From the IMG/VR virus record IMGVR_UViG_3300032247_000063, positions 1 through 26,340 of that record: DNA of 26,340 bases. One strand, given 5' to 3'. Each line of letters starts with the position of its first letter. Within the stretch, counting starts at the first letter, position 1. A program made the translations under genes and the position numbers. This DNA is from a virus (taxonomy: Duplodnaviria; Caudoviricetes). Shown piece by piece: positions 8,562 through 18,420 of the stretch. The notes under the pieces were generated by a model. The model saw nothing but the letters and a program-made list of their open reading frames with translations, was not told where the DNA came from and searched no databases.

Positions 8562-10673
8562 TTACCTTCTACCATCGGGCCGGATATCAACCCGAGGAGC
8601 ACCAAGCTGCCACTGCGTCCCGATTGTGTTGGAGGTAATCTGCATTTGCATCTGGCGACCACGGACACGGATGTAAACCTGTCCGGTGAATTGGTCTACG
8701 TTGATGACTGATGGAGCAGTACCTGTGTTGACCACATTGGCGTTACCGGTCTGCGTAATGCCTGAGCCGGAGTTGTTGAGCCCTTGCAGGTACATGGTCA
8801 CTTGCGGTGTAGTTCCCGCCGTAGACCCACGGAATGTCAGGTCAGGCAACATCCGGTACACAAACGCAAAGTTGTGCCCATCCCCAATGTCGTACTGGGC
8901 AGATGTGATGGATGCCGCTATGGGCAGCGTTGTGCCCGTTTCATTGTCGTCTACCCCGTATTCGTGGTTCACGATGTTGTAGCTGTAGGTAGCTGCAATT
9001 GGATAGTTACGCAAGCCGGTATCCAGCCAAGCAGTACGGGCCATAGAGCCATACTGCCACAGGTCTTCTGCGTAGTTGTAGCTGACGTACTTGTCGATGG
9101 TGTTGCTGTTTTGTGAGCAGTAGAAAAACCAGACTTCATTAAAACCTTCATTTGTGCTGGCAAAAACTTGGTCGTACTGGAGTGGATTAATGTTGTCGTA
9201 GATGTACTGACGCAGGTCGCAACGCAGGGTCTGAACCCGTCCATCGTATTTGTAGAACTTGTCCACGCCCATCCAGTAGGTAACACCTGAAGCCAAAGCA
9301 GAGGCATTAGGCCCAGCGATAGACACGTTATCCACAAGCAACTGCGTACCCCACACATAGGGGGGCCCGAGGTACTGGAGCGAATAAAGAGCTTGGTCAG
9401 TAAAAACCAAAATCTCCTGACGGCTTTGCAGCGTGGTGACAATCTTAGAACCATGAGACAAGCGCACACTACCCGCTTGGTTGGTTATTGCCGGATACCA
9501 CACGGTCAACGATTCTTGGTCAGACCACCGGATAAGCATGGGGTCAAGCACTGTGCTGCCGTAGTCGTTTGTACCAAACACAAGCAAGAACCGACTGACA
9601 TCCGAAACAGTGAACGTGTTCTGGTACAGCGGGGTGTACCCATCTGCGCCGGTCAGTGAGGACAGTAGTATCCCGTTGGCGTTGATGGTCTGCGTACCAG
9701 ATTGCGTACCACTCGTGTTGATAGAAGCACCACCCGATGTCGCTGCTAGGTTGAATGTGCTTGCAGTCAGGTACTTGGTGTAGTACGTAACCCCCGGCAA
9801 CAACCCAGTCGGCAACCACCCCGTAGTAGAAAAAGTGATTGGTGTTGCATCTGGAAGATTTACGTTAGCTGTGACTACGCAGGGAGACGCAATGGTCATC
9901 GTTGCAATCGAGCCGTTCACGTTCTTGGTAGCATCCCAGTAATACAAAGGCCCACCGCGAGGGCCGTACACAAGGTTTTGCCCCCAGTTGATTTGGTTCC
10001 AGATACGCAAAGCATCCGTAGACGCAGTGCCAATACCCCAAGAACCGGAACCCCAAGTACTTGCGCCCCACCCAGTCAGCGGTGCTGCATAAGACGGCCC
10101 AGTGTTAATTTGATAGATAGCGTAGATTGTTCCGCCACCAGCAGAGCTTGCTGACGCAGTGCCCGTGACCGTGATGGTATATGTTGACGCACTTACGTAC
10201 GTGATTTGGTACTGCGTATTGGTGGTGATAGTGATGCCGTTGAACGTGACCGAGGCCGCGCCACTTACATCAAAGGTAACGTAGTCGTTGTTAATAAACC
10301 CGCCGTTAGCATCAGTTACCAAAACTGTGGTGGTTGTACCTGTATTGGTAGCCGTATTGGTGGTAAACGGGTTGGTCAGCGTGTTGGTGGTACGGATGGG
10401 GGTAATATCGTAGTACGAACCGCCGCGCTCAATGTAGAACTTGAGGTTTGTGCCAATACCCAGCAGGTTCAACGAACCCAACGTAATCCAATTCCATATG
10501 GAACGACACAGGCCGCTAAACGTGTTAGCTGAAATGCGCTGCCATCCACCAATCTTCTCAGGCGTGCCTTGGCGGAACCGAACCTTGTCGGACTCGTACC
10601 AACCGCCCTCGTTGGTGTAGCGGGTGTTCTCCCTGTTTACACCGGGCTTGAGGATGACTTTTTGTAGTGGCAT
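8562..10673 (-). CDS. Tail nozzle / packaged-DNA stabilisation protein (P22 gp10 / T7 gp12-like)
   Basis: 703 aa, beta-rich; N-terminal KPGVNRE...VRFRQGTPEKIGGW, IRWSDQE, YWMG..FYKYDG and C-terminal RGRQ...WQLG..RVDIRPDGRR pattern; size and position before the ejection genes. Confidence 0.75.
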   Translation of the reverse strand: MPLQKVILKPGVNRENTRYTNEGGWYESDKVRFRQGTPEKIGGWQRISANTFSGLCRSIWNWITLGSLNLLGIGTNLKFYIERGGSYYDITPIRTTNTLTNPFTTNTATNTGTTTTVLVTDANGGFINNDYVTFDVSGAASVTFNGITITTNTQYQITYVSASTYTITVTGTASASSAGGGTIYAIYQINTGPSYAAPLTGWGASTWGSGSWGIGTASTDALRIWNQINWGQNLVYGPRGGPLYYWDATKNVNGSIATMTIASPCVVTANVNLPDATPITFSTTGWLPTGLLPGVTYYTKYLTASTFNLAATSGGASINTSGTQSGTQTINANGILLSSLTGADGYTPLYQNTFTVSDVSRFLLVFGTNDYGSTVLDPMLIRWSDQESLTVWYPAITNQAGSVRLSHGSKIVTTLQSRQEILVFTDQALYSLQYLGPPYVWGTQLLVDNVSIAGPNASALASGVTYWMGVDKFYKYDGRVQTLRCDLRQYIYDNINPLQYDQVFASTNEGFNEVWFFYCSQNSNTIDKYVSYNYAEDLWQYGSMARTAWLDTGLRNYPIAATYSYNIVNHEYGVDDNETGTTLPIAASITSAQYDIGDGHNFAFVYRMLPDLTFRGSTAGTTPQVTMYLQGLNNSGSGITQTGNANVVNTGTAPSVINVDQFTGQVYIRVRGRQMQMQITSNTIGTQWQLGAPRVDIRPDGRR

Positions 10674-10674
10674 A

Positions 10675-11094
10675 TCAGGCTATCTTTGCGCCTTGCTGAA
10701 GTTGGGCAATGGTCAGACCACCCGTGTACTGGAAGTGCGGAAACTCTTGGAACTCGTGCCAGTCGCCAGCCCACTCTAAACCGCAGGACTTGCCAATCGC
10801 ACCTATTTTTTGCCAGATGGGGTCTTTGACACTCCATGCAGGTTTGCCGTTGACCAACGCCACCACATCCAAAGCGCAGCGCCAGTTGTGCCAAGACTGA
10901 CCGGGCTTGGCTTTGGTGACCACATCGCCGGGGGTTGTCCGGCCTTGGGCATAGAGCGCGGCTTGGCTTTCATGGTCGCGGTAAGTGGAGGTAACCAGCA
11001 AGTCAATACCCTTAGCCTTGGCGGCTTCTACAAACGCCTGTGCCCGCTGTTTGGCGGGTGGTACTAGGTCATCAAGGCTGCGGGAGTTAATCAT
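10675..11094 (-). CDS. Endolysin, M15 family (L-Ala-D-Glu type) peptidase
   Basis: TSTYR..Q..LYAQGRT, SWHNWRCALD (His/Asp ligands), LEWAGDW and EFPHFQ motifs of M15 peptidases; near the holin gene. Confidence 0.9.
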   Translation of the reverse strand: MINSRSLDDLVPPAKQRAQAFVEAAKAKGIDLLVTSTYRDHESQAALYAQGRTTPGDVVTKAKPGQSWHNWRCALDVVALVNGKPAWSVKDPIWQKIGAIGKSCGLEWAGDWHEFQEFPHFQYTGGLTIAQLQQGAKIA

Positions 11095-11315
11095 ATGGTT
11101 TCCTTACGCTTGGGTTTGACATTGCTCTCCAGCACCTTGGCTGGGGCGTAGATGCAGGTGGTGTCCACGGTTGCTTTTGTATTTGCTAAATACCATTCCT
11201 TCTTCTCTGCAACAACCTGCTTGCACTCATCCTCGTCGGCGTACACCGTTATCTGCTGCAAGAAGGCACAGCTTCCATTTACACAGATGTAGAGGATGGG
11301 TATGAAGAGGTTCAC
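11091..11315 (-). CDS. Small Cys-containing hypothetical protein with hydrophobic N-terminus
   Basis: 74 aa, GTG start overlapping the holin stop, own stop overlapping the endolysin start; four Cys. Confidence 0.6.
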   Translation of the reverse strand: MNLFIPILYICVNGSCAFLQQITVYADEDECKQVVAEKKEWYLANTKATVDTTCIYAPAKVLESNVKPKRKETI

Positions 11316-11809
11316 TTGATTGCCTCCGCCTTGGCGAGCAGTTCGGTTTTTTCCTTGCTTCCAGCAGAAGAGCCAAAGTAGAAGTTGACCACCTGTTCGG
11401 CTTTTGCAGACAGGTAACCAATCAAAGTTCCAGCCAGTACGGAATCAATAACGGCAAACCCGCCCAGCGTTGCTATCACCACACCAATAAACGCACCGAC
11501 AATGAGGATTGCCAGCGATGGCACAAGCATGGACTTGGTTGCAATCTGCATATCACGGGCAGATTTCCTGTCTTCCACAGTGAGCTTGGCAAAGTCCAAT
11601 CCCATAGACTGAGCCTGTTTCTTCAACTCTAACTCAGCAAGCTGAATAGATGCCACCTGTTCGGCGGTCAGCTTGTTGCTGCTGATTACAGCTTGCACTT
11701 CATCAGGCTCACAACCGATAGCCTTGGCGACAGCAGATACAGCCATGCCAGCCAACGGCCCGCCCAACGCCGTGGCAATTGTGGGAGCAATAGTTTTAAG
11801 CCATTCCAT
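11312..11809 (-). CDS. Holin (3TM, gene-transfer-agent-release holin-like)
   Basis: APTIATALGGPLAG N-terminus, DRKSARDMQ, two hydrophobic helices and the VVNFYFGSS C-terminal motif; upstream of the endolysin. Confidence 0.75.
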   Translation of the reverse strand: MEWLKTIAPTIATALGGPLAGMAVSAVAKAIGCEPDEVQAVISSNKLTAEQVASIQLAELELKKQAQSMGLDFAKLTVEDRKSARDMQIATKSMLVPSLAILIVGAFIGVVIATLGGFAVIDSVLAGTLIGYLSAKAEQVVNFYFGSSAGSKEKTELLAKAEAIK

Positions 11810-12053
11810 TTGTTTCTCCTACTTTAACTTCGTCCATATGGCTACCAACCTTCAAGCCACTGAGCCATCCGATGAGTCCACCCACGATGGTCTGAAACGC
11901 TGGGCCAATGATTTCAAAAATCTTGGTGTTGTCCACCTCTTTCACAAACAAACCATGCACGAGCGCCGCAATAAGGACAACAACCACGGAACACAAGGTA
12001 GCGGTCACCATCATGGTGACCATGTAAATGAGCCTGTCTTTTGGTTCCATCAC
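11796..12053 (-). CDS. Small two-TM membrane protein
   Basis: 85 aa, two hydrophobic segments (LIYMVTMMVTATLCSVVVVLIAALV; IIGPAFQTIVGGLIGWLSG); within the lysis cluster. Confidence 0.7.
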   Translation of the reverse strand: MMEPKDRLIYMVTMMVTATLCSVVVVLIAALVHGLFVKEVDNTKIFEIIGPAFQTIVGGLIGWLSGLKVGSHMDEVKVGETNGMA

Positions 12054-12325
12054 TTTGCCTTTTCATGTAGCTGTTCAATCCTTGCCCGAACCTTCATGCT
12101 GTCTGCGTTGCCCAGTATGTTACCCAAGTTAGAGTAAATCAGCGTTAGCTGCTCCTTGGTACATACCGGCCCTGACTCTTCCAACCATCCCCAAATTTTG
12201 TCTGTGCGCTCCTTGGGGTCATGGCTGGAGTACGCAAGGTTTACAAACTCACTGACACTGCACTCGCGCTTGACCGTCGCCCCGTAGACCAAAGACAGGA
12301 TGAGGATGGGGATGAGCCAGCGCAC
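12050..12325 (-). CDS. Hypothetical exported protein (signal-peptide-like N-terminus)
   Basis: Start moved to GTG at 12323-12325, just after the upstream stop (12331-12333), giving MRWLIPILILSLVYGA...; two Cys; 91 aa. Confidence 0.6.
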   Translation of the reverse strand: MRWLIPILILSLVYGATVKRECSVSEFVNLAYSSHDPKERTDKIWGWLEESGPVCTKEQLTLIYSNLGNILGNADSMKVRARIEQLHEKAK

Positions 12326-12330
12326 ATTGT

Positions 12331-12663
12331 TTAAACCGCCACCCAAGAAGTAGTGGCTTCATCCCATGTGTACATGCCGTCCGTAGGCATTGCAGTCGGC
12401 GCATCCCACAGGCAGGTGTCCTCATTCAGCGTCCACGATGCGTATGGCTGAGGCGGGATAAAGGCATCGCGGCCTTCGTCGTAGGTGTAGCCAATGCCAG
12501 CGTAGTTCTTGCGCAGCGGGCGACCTTCGGGGTGTTGTCCGCCATGTGTGTTGTAGCTGGTCTGCACCCAGCCGTGGCCCAGCGCACCAGTGTCGATGAA
12601 GTCCTGCTCGGCAACAATCACCTGAGTGACGATGCCGTTCTCTACTTTTGCAAAATGGCTCAT
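12331..12663 (-). CDS. Tail-fibre-associated small protein
   Basis: AGGAG SD; MSHFAKV...WVQTSYNT...RKNYAGIGYTYD..RDAFIPPQP, a pattern I recognise from genes following Gly-rich fibre genes in aquatic phages. Confidence 0.7.
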   Translation of the reverse strand: MSHFAKVENGIVTQVIVAEQDFIDTGALGHGWVQTSYNTHGGQHPEGRPLRKNYAGIGYTYDEGRDAFIPPQPYASWTLNEDTCLWDAPTAMPTDGMYTWDEATTSWVAV

Positions 12664-12672
12664 GTGTTCTCC

Positions 12673-15600
12673 TTAACGAGCGTTACTGTACTTGAATGGG
12701 TTTTCGGCAAAGGCCATGTAGATGTAGGTTCCACCGCTGGCATTCCAAGGCGTATCCGAAGTTCTGATTTTCATGCCGTTGGACACAAAATCCAAGTAGT
12801 TTGCAGATGTGCCAGCCTCCGTGTAATTTGCATCTGGGCAAAGCCTGAGTGATGCCACATTGCTTGGGTCTCGGCTTGTATCTTCAAGCATCCAATTATT
12901 AGAGGAATCAGTGCGCTTGACCAACCAGAATCGTGGGCGGAACCCAAGGAACACAAACGGCCCATCCGTAGAGCCATTCCCTGTGTAGCTGCCAAATGCG
13001 CTGTACCCTGCTACTGCGGCAAAGACGTAGGCAACGCAAGTTTGTCCTGAACCAGCAACCGAAAGACTAACACCAAAAGTAGATGATGTTGGAGCAGGAA
13101 CTGCGTTGGTCAACGTATCCAAAGCGCCAGTTGTGTTTAAGAATAAGTCGTTGGAAGTCATGTTGGGCAATGATGAATGCATCACCGTCCAATTGCTTGT
13201 TTGACTACGTTGCTTGTAAATAATCATATTGGGCGTAACACCCAATCCGTGGCCCACAGTACCTGATGCGCCTGTACCCGTGTAAGTCACCACGCTGAAC
13301 CCAGCCGTAGTGTTGGCGCTCACCGTGCTGGTGATAGAACCGCTGGTGTTGGATACGCCTGTGCCATTGGCTTTCCATTGCCAACCGACATATGTTTCAC
13401 CACTACCGTTTGCGTTGGCGGCACTACCAATAGAGTAGCCATTTGAGTTGAATGAAGTCAACGTACCAGCCACAGAACTTGCCGCCCCAGATGTATTTGA
13501 TGAAAGCAAATCCAATGCGCCACGAGCAACATCAAACAAACCGTGGTCACGGGCAACGCTTCTATCTTTGTACCAAACAAAATCAGGCTGAAATGATGTG
13601 CCGTTGACTGAATTGCTGATTGATTGGCTTGTTCCATTCCCCGTATAGGTCGTAGCAGCAAACTGCGTCGCGCCGTTGGGTATCGTAGGCGTGGACAGGT
13701 TGTAGGTGTTCAGCGCAACAAAACCGCTTGGTGGGGTGTAAGTGAATGGCTGCTGACCGAAGTTGAAATTTGCAGTAGCTGTTTTTGTTGTATTTGCAGA
13801 AGCGCCCATTGCAATAGCGTATGTTCCTGCCGCAACACTAAAGCCACCTGTACCAGATGCTGGAACAGCGGAATTCAGCCAAGTGCCGTTCCTGCCAAAG
13901 TAAATATTTGTCCCATCATAAGCAATTTGGACAATATCTCCATCAACAAACGTGGCAAGTCCAGACGCAAGCGTAGACCCATTGTTTAGTACTTTGCCAG
14001 TTTCGCTTATTGCATATCCGTTAGACAGATAAGCACCGATGCAGCCAGCCTCAGCAAAACTACCAGTGGTCATTACTGTTGTAGTTGTATTCAGTATTCC
14101 ATAGTCCGAATTATTTGAAGCACCAAAAGCCGTTACATTGATTTCAACATAGTATTTAATTCCTGCTCCAGAAGTCATTCCGTAAGTAGAAACAATACCT
14201 CTCCCACCAGTAGTCACATTAACAGTGGTGCTTAAATTCCCATTGGAAAACGTATACAAATTTCCAGTGCCAATATTTGACAATGGGTTCATCACCGCGT
14301 AGTTCGCCACTGTCGCGCTTGTCAGCGTTGGCACATCCAGCATGGAGTCGTAGGTGGCTCCAGCAGTCACGCTGATGTTGTTCGTCGTCCAGTTGTTGCT
14401 TGCAGAGCTGGTGTCGTAGCCCAGCGTGGTGGTCGATGTGTTGTTGCCGAAGGTCAGGTAGAACCCATTCGTGCCATACGAGCCAGCATAAACAGTTGGT
14501 TGCCATACGCCATAGCTGTTGTACGCGCCAAAGCTGGAAGGGGTCAGTTGCTGTCCATCAATTGCATTGATTTCAGTCAGGTACCCATCAAAATAAGTTG
14601 AGATTGGCGTGCCATCGTTGTATGCACCAATGTATGTCCCCGTACCAGATAGATTCCAATTAAGTGATGTGTTTTGTGCTATTTGTGTATTGGAGTCAAA
14701 CGAAGTAATTTCTTGGTTATTGACATACATGCGGAAACGATTAGCCGCCGTTGATTGAGTAGTGTCCACCGAAAACACCATGTGATACCAAGCCGATGGG
14801 TCACGGTACTTGTTAGAACTAACCAGCAGCATCGTGGTTCCACCACCAACAAACGCTTGGATGCGACTACCTTCACTAGTACCTTGAATATGCACACCAA
14901 GTCCAGTGCCGCCTCCCGTTGCACAATTTCCGCCGCCAAACAATGCGCCTCGAACAGTTCCTGCCCCCGTAGAGCCAAGTTTTACCCACATGCTCACGGT
15001 GAATGTTTGACGGTTGCCTGTAGTGACTGGAGTGCGATTCAAATACGCAGACGCACTATTACGAAACCGCAGTGAACGGTTGACAGTTTTAATAGGAGCA
15101 AGGTAGCCGCTGCTTGTAAACGTATGGATAGTGTTGCTACCCGAAAACGTGACAACGCCACCACCAAACTGCTGCGTACCGGCGTAGGAAATGATGACTA
15201 CACCAGAGCCACCTGAACCGCCAGTTGTACTTCCACTATTGTTCCCACCACCACCGCCACCACCAAGGTTCGCAGTGCCTGAGTTACCGCCGCCATCACC
15301 GCCGCCACCAGAACCGCCAGAGCCAGTTGGGAGGTTCCACGAGCCGCCACCGCCGCCACCAGCACGGGTTACAGAAGTACCGCTGATTGAAGACGTAGTT
15401 CCTACGCCGCCATTACCAGCCCCACCGCCTGTTGCGGTTGCTCCAACAGCACTAGCGCCACCACCACCACCGCCACCACGGTTACTGCCAGACTCGTATC
15501 CAGTACCACCGTTATTGCCTTGAGACGGAGAAGTGGATGGTGTATTACCCGAACCACCAGCACCGCTACCATCAGCGCCGCCGCCACCAGAGCCGCCAGA

Positions 15601-16653
15601 GCTACCACCTCCTACATTTGCGCCAGCGCCACCACCGCCACCAGCGGATGTGGTTGAGAAAAACGCAGAAGAAGAACCTTGTACCCCTGATGCTGCCGCG
15701 CCTCCGTTGCCACCAGTACCACCAGCGCCGACAGTGACTGTATAGATGGAATTGGTATCAAGGGAAGCAGTGCCTGTGCGATAGCCACCTGCACCGCCGC
15801 CACCTGCGCGAAGCCCACCACCGCCGCCACCACCAGCAACAACAAGGTAGCTAACTGACAAGGGAGTCGACAAAGGCGACAGGGTTCCCGATGTGGTGAA
15901 CGTGTGGATGCAGTTACCGCCAGAAAATGTAACGGTTCCGCCACCAAATAATTGGGTTGCGCTTGTGTAGGAAATGATTACTATGCCAGAACCACCCGCT
16001 GGTGAATCCACTACTTGTGCGCCACCAGAACCACCACCAGTATTTACGCCACCGGGCGCTGAACTAGAACCACTATATGAACCTGTTCCACCACCGCCAG
16101 AGCCGCCAGATGAAGTTCCACTACCACAAGAACCACCGCCACCGCCAGCATAAGTTACTGATGAGCCTGAGATGCTTGACGCAGTGCCATTGCCACCATT
16201 ACCTCCTGTGTCAGCACCCGGTGCAGTGCTACCTGCGGCACTAGCACCGCCACCGCCACCACCACTTCTGACACTACCGGAACCACCAGCATTACCTTGA
16301 CCAGATGTGCCTGCTGCACCAGCCCCGCTGCTATACGAACCACCACCGCCAGAGCCACCACTGTTAGCTGCCCCACCAGCTGCACCGCCGCCGCCACCTG
16401 TCGCTGTAACTGCATTGAAGACGGAATTGCCTCCATTGGCATTTGTAGCCCCACCAGCGCCAACAGTCACCGTGTAAGACAAAGTGGTGTTTAGAGTAGT
16501 TGTACCAGTTAAAAAACCCCCAGCGCCGCCGCCGCCAATGTAGCCACCACCACCGCCAGCAACAACAAGGTAGCTTGCAGAGACGGATGTTGCTCCCAAA
16601 GTCCAGCCAAAGGCAGCAAGCGCAGCGGCTCCGATTTTTGATAGGCGTGGCAT
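12673..16653 (-). CDS. Tail fibre / adhesin: 2x glycine-rich domain, LamG/ConA-like lectin, SPRY-like and C-terminal YTGNG-repeat domains
   Basis: ATG at 16651-16653 with AAGGA SD; two YLVVAGGG...GGSG.VIISY modules; TFTVSMWVK...AWYHMVFSVDT...FDGYL (LamG-like); KYYVEI...GDIVQIAYD...NFGQQPF (SPRY-like); YTGNG/YTGTG three times. Confidence 0.85.
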   Translation of the reverse strand: MPRLSKIGAAALAAFGWTLGATSVSASYLVVAGGGGGYIGGGGAGGFLTGTTTLNTTLSYTVTVGAGGATNANGGNSVFNAVTATGGGGGAAGGAANSGGSGGGGSYSSGAGAAGTSGQGNAGGSGSVRSGGGGGGASAAGSTAPGADTGGNGGNGTASSISGSSVTYAGGGGGSCGSGTSSGGSGGGGTGSYSGSSSAPGGVNTGGGSGGAQVVDSPAGGSGIVIISYTSATQLFGGGTVTFSGGNCIHTFTTSGTLSPLSTPLSVSYLVVAGGGGGGGLRAGGGGAGGYRTGTASLDTNSIYTVTVGAGGTGGNGGAAASGVQGSSSAFFSTTSAGGGGGAGANVGGGSSGGSGGGGADGSGAGGSGNTPSTSPSQGNNGGTGYESGSNRGGGGGGGASAVGATATGGGAGNGGVGTTSSISGTSVTRAGGGGGGSWNLPTGSGGSGGGGDGGGNSGTANLGGGGGGGNNSGSTTGGSGGSGVVIISYAGTQQFGGGVVTFSGSNTIHTFTSSGYLAPIKTVNRSLRFRNSASAYLNRTPVTTGNRQTFTVSMWVKLGSTGAGTVRGALFGGGNCATGGGTGLGVHIQGTSEGSRIQAFVGGGTTMLLVSSNKYRDPSAWYHMVFSVDTTQSTAANRFRMYVNNQEITSFDSNTQIAQNTSLNWNLSGTGTYIGAYNDGTPISTYFDGYLTEINAIDGQQLTPSSFGAYNSYGVWQPTVYAGSYGTNGFYLTFGNNTSTTTLGYDTSSASNNWTTNNISVTAGATYDSMLDVPTLTSATVANYAVMNPLSNIGTGNLYTFSNGNLSTTVNVTTGGRGIVSTYGMTSGAGIKYYVEINVTAFGASNNSDYGILNTTTTVMTTGSFAEAGCIGAYLSNGYAISETGKVLNNGSTLASGLATFVDGDIVQIAYDGTNIYFGRNGTWLNSAVPASGTGGFSVAAGTYAIAMGASANTTKTATANFNFGQQPFTYTPPSGFVALNTYNLSTPTIPNGATQFAATTYTGNGTSQSISNSVNGTSFQPDFVWYKDRSVARDHGLFDVARGALDLLSSNTSGAASSVAGTLTSFNSNGYSIGSAANANGSGETYVGWQWKANGTGVSNTSGSITSTVSANTTAGFSVVTYTGTGASGTVGHGLGVTPNMIIYKQRSQTSNWTVMHSSLPNMTSNDLFLNTTGALDTLTNAVPAPTSSTFGVSLSVAGSGQTCVAYVFAAVAGYSAFGSYTGNGSTDGPFVFLGFRPRFWLVKRTDSSNNWMLEDTSRDPSNVASLRLCPDANYTEAGTSANYLDFVSNGMKIRTSDTPWNASGGTYIYMAFAENPFKYSNAR

Positions 16654-16663
16654 CAACTATCCT

Positions 16664-17611
16664 TTAGGCGAACTTGGTCTGCGAGGCCAGCACAACGTAG
16701 GTGGCGCTTCCTGTTTTTTGAATGACGTAGGTGTAGCAGTCGGTCGAGCTTGCATTGCCACTGGTGGGCGCAGAGCCGCCCTGCCACTTCGGGGTCACCG
16801 ATGTGCCGTCAATGGTCACCGCGCTGTTGTAGTAGGCCGTGGAGCCGTTGGTAACGAGGAAGGTGGCAGAGATGGATTGGCCTGTGGACATCAGCGTGTT
16901 CAGGCTTGTACCGCTGGAACCACGGAAGTTGAGCGTCCAGTTGCCCGATGCGTTGCTGGTGTAGTACAGCACCGACTGGGTGGTGATGTCAAAGTTGATT
17001 GTGCCGGTTGCCGCAGTCGCGGAGATGGTGTCTACTTCGGCAATGTTGGGTGTGACCAAAGCCTCTGCGCTGGAAGAACCACTCAAGGTTTGCGTAGCTG
17101 TAAACGTGTTTGCCACGTTTGTAACGGGAAGATTCGCTCCAGCCAGAGTGGAAGCTCCTGTACCGCCGTTTGCAATTGGCAGTATGCCTGTGAGTGCGGT
17201 GGCCTGCGTAGATGCAACCTTTACAAAATCAGTACCATTCCAAGCGCAAACCGCTTTTTCACCTTGGACGATAGTTACCCCAGTGGTGGGGCCTGCCCCA
17301 CGCAGCACGATGCTTTGGGTACTAGAACCTGCATTGATGACATAGTAAGCCTTGGATTGCGCCGGGGCTGTGATGTTGCGGGTTACCGTGCCCCCTGCTG
17401 TCCATAGCAAGATTGCTTCACGCGCAGTGTTGGCGGCTCCAGTGGTGGTCGTTAGGGTTACGTCAGCATCAGAACTGAGCGTGGTCGTGCCAGCGATGGC
17501 AGAGTCCAGCAACGATGTGATGGAGTTGTTAACCGTGTCGCCCCACGTACCCGACAGTTCGCCCGTCACCGGAAGGGCGAGACCCAAGAGGGAGGTGTAT
17601 GCAGTAGTCAT
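16664..17611 (-). CDS. Tail fibre proximal/structural protein
   Basis: 315 aa Thr/Ser/Gly-rich; GELSGTWGDTVN N-terminus, LPIANGGTGA fibre motif, C-terminal KWQGGSAPT...DCYTY domain. Confidence 0.75.
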   Translation of the reverse strand: MTTAYTSLLGLALPVTGELSGTWGDTVNNSITSLLDSAIAGTTTLSSDADVTLTTTTGAANTAREAILLWTAGGTVTRNITAPAQSKAYYVINAGSSTQSIVLRGAGPTTGVTIVQGEKAVCAWNGTDFVKVASTQATALTGILPIANGGTGASTLAGANLPVTNVANTFTATQTLSGSSSAEALVTPNIAEVDTISATAATGTINFDITTQSVLYYTSNASGNWTLNFRGSSGTSLNTLMSTGQSISATFLVTNGSTAYYNSAVTIDGTSVTPKWQGGSAPTSGNASSTDCYTYVIQKTGSATYVVLASQTKFA

Positions 17612-17619
17612 TTGTTACC

Positions 17620-18411
17620 TCAATTTACTATGGTAGTCCAATTTGCCGTTTGGGAGTTGTTTATCTTTTGCCAGTTTGCGTCTTGCACGTCATTAATTAG
17701 CTTCCAGTAAACCGCCACAACAACTCCAATATCAGCTTGGGCATAATTGCCCGTAAGCGCAAAACTTCTCGGTCCAAGGCTCATGGAGCCAATTGCACTA
17801 CTAGCAGATACGCCAGACAATGCAACAACCGTCTCATACCCAACCGTGCCAACTGAACCTATCGCCGTATCCGGTAACAGGGGGACAATCGGAGAACCTA
17901 ACGCACCTGTAGCCTCAACCCCAGTCAACGTAAAAGACTTACCGGGTACTGTAGTTCCTACCGCTCCACTTGCTGACACTCCTGTCAAAGCAAACGATGC
18001 ATCCCTTGTTAGGGTTCCTACTAAACCGGTTGCCGCATTACCTGTCAGGGCAAAAGAAGTGGTTCCCCGAGAAATTGTCCCAATGTTACCTGTACCTGCA
18101 TTACCTGTCAGCGTGAAAGAATAACTTTGGGTAACCGTACCCACCGCTCCTGAAGCTGCAACACCCGCTAATGCAACCGTAACAACCGACCCAACTGTAC
18201 CTACAAAACCATTTGCCGCATCCCCAGTTTCTGTTGCGGACTGACTTGGGGTAACTGTGCCTACCGAACCTGTAGCTGACCCGCCTGCAAGGGCAACCGT
18301 AATACTTGGAGTAGCCGTTCCCACGGCCCCCGAAGCAATATCTCCCGTCGCTGCAAGAGTACCGCCCCAGCCGTTAGCGCCCCAAGTACTGTCGCCCCAG
18401 CCGAGAGACAC
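17620..18411 (-). CDS. Repetitive virion structural protein
   Basis: GTG start; WGDSTWGANGWG N-terminus; about ten ~19-20-aa repeats of type (F/V)ALTG(V/N)xAxGxVGT. Confidence 0.7.
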   Translation of the reverse strand: MSLGWGDSTWGANGWGGTLAATGDIASGAVGTATPSITVALAGGSATGSVGTVTPSQSATETGDAANGFVGTVGSVVTVALAGVAASGAVGTVTQSYSFTLTGNAGTGNIGTISRGTTSFALTGNAATGLVGTLTRDASFALTGVSASGAVGTTVPGKSFTLTGVEATGALGSPIVPLLPDTAIGSVGTVGYETVVALSGVSASSAIGSMSLGPRSFALTGNYAQADIGVVVAVYWKLINDVQDANWQKINNSQTANWTTIVN

Positions 18412-18420
18412 AAACTATCC

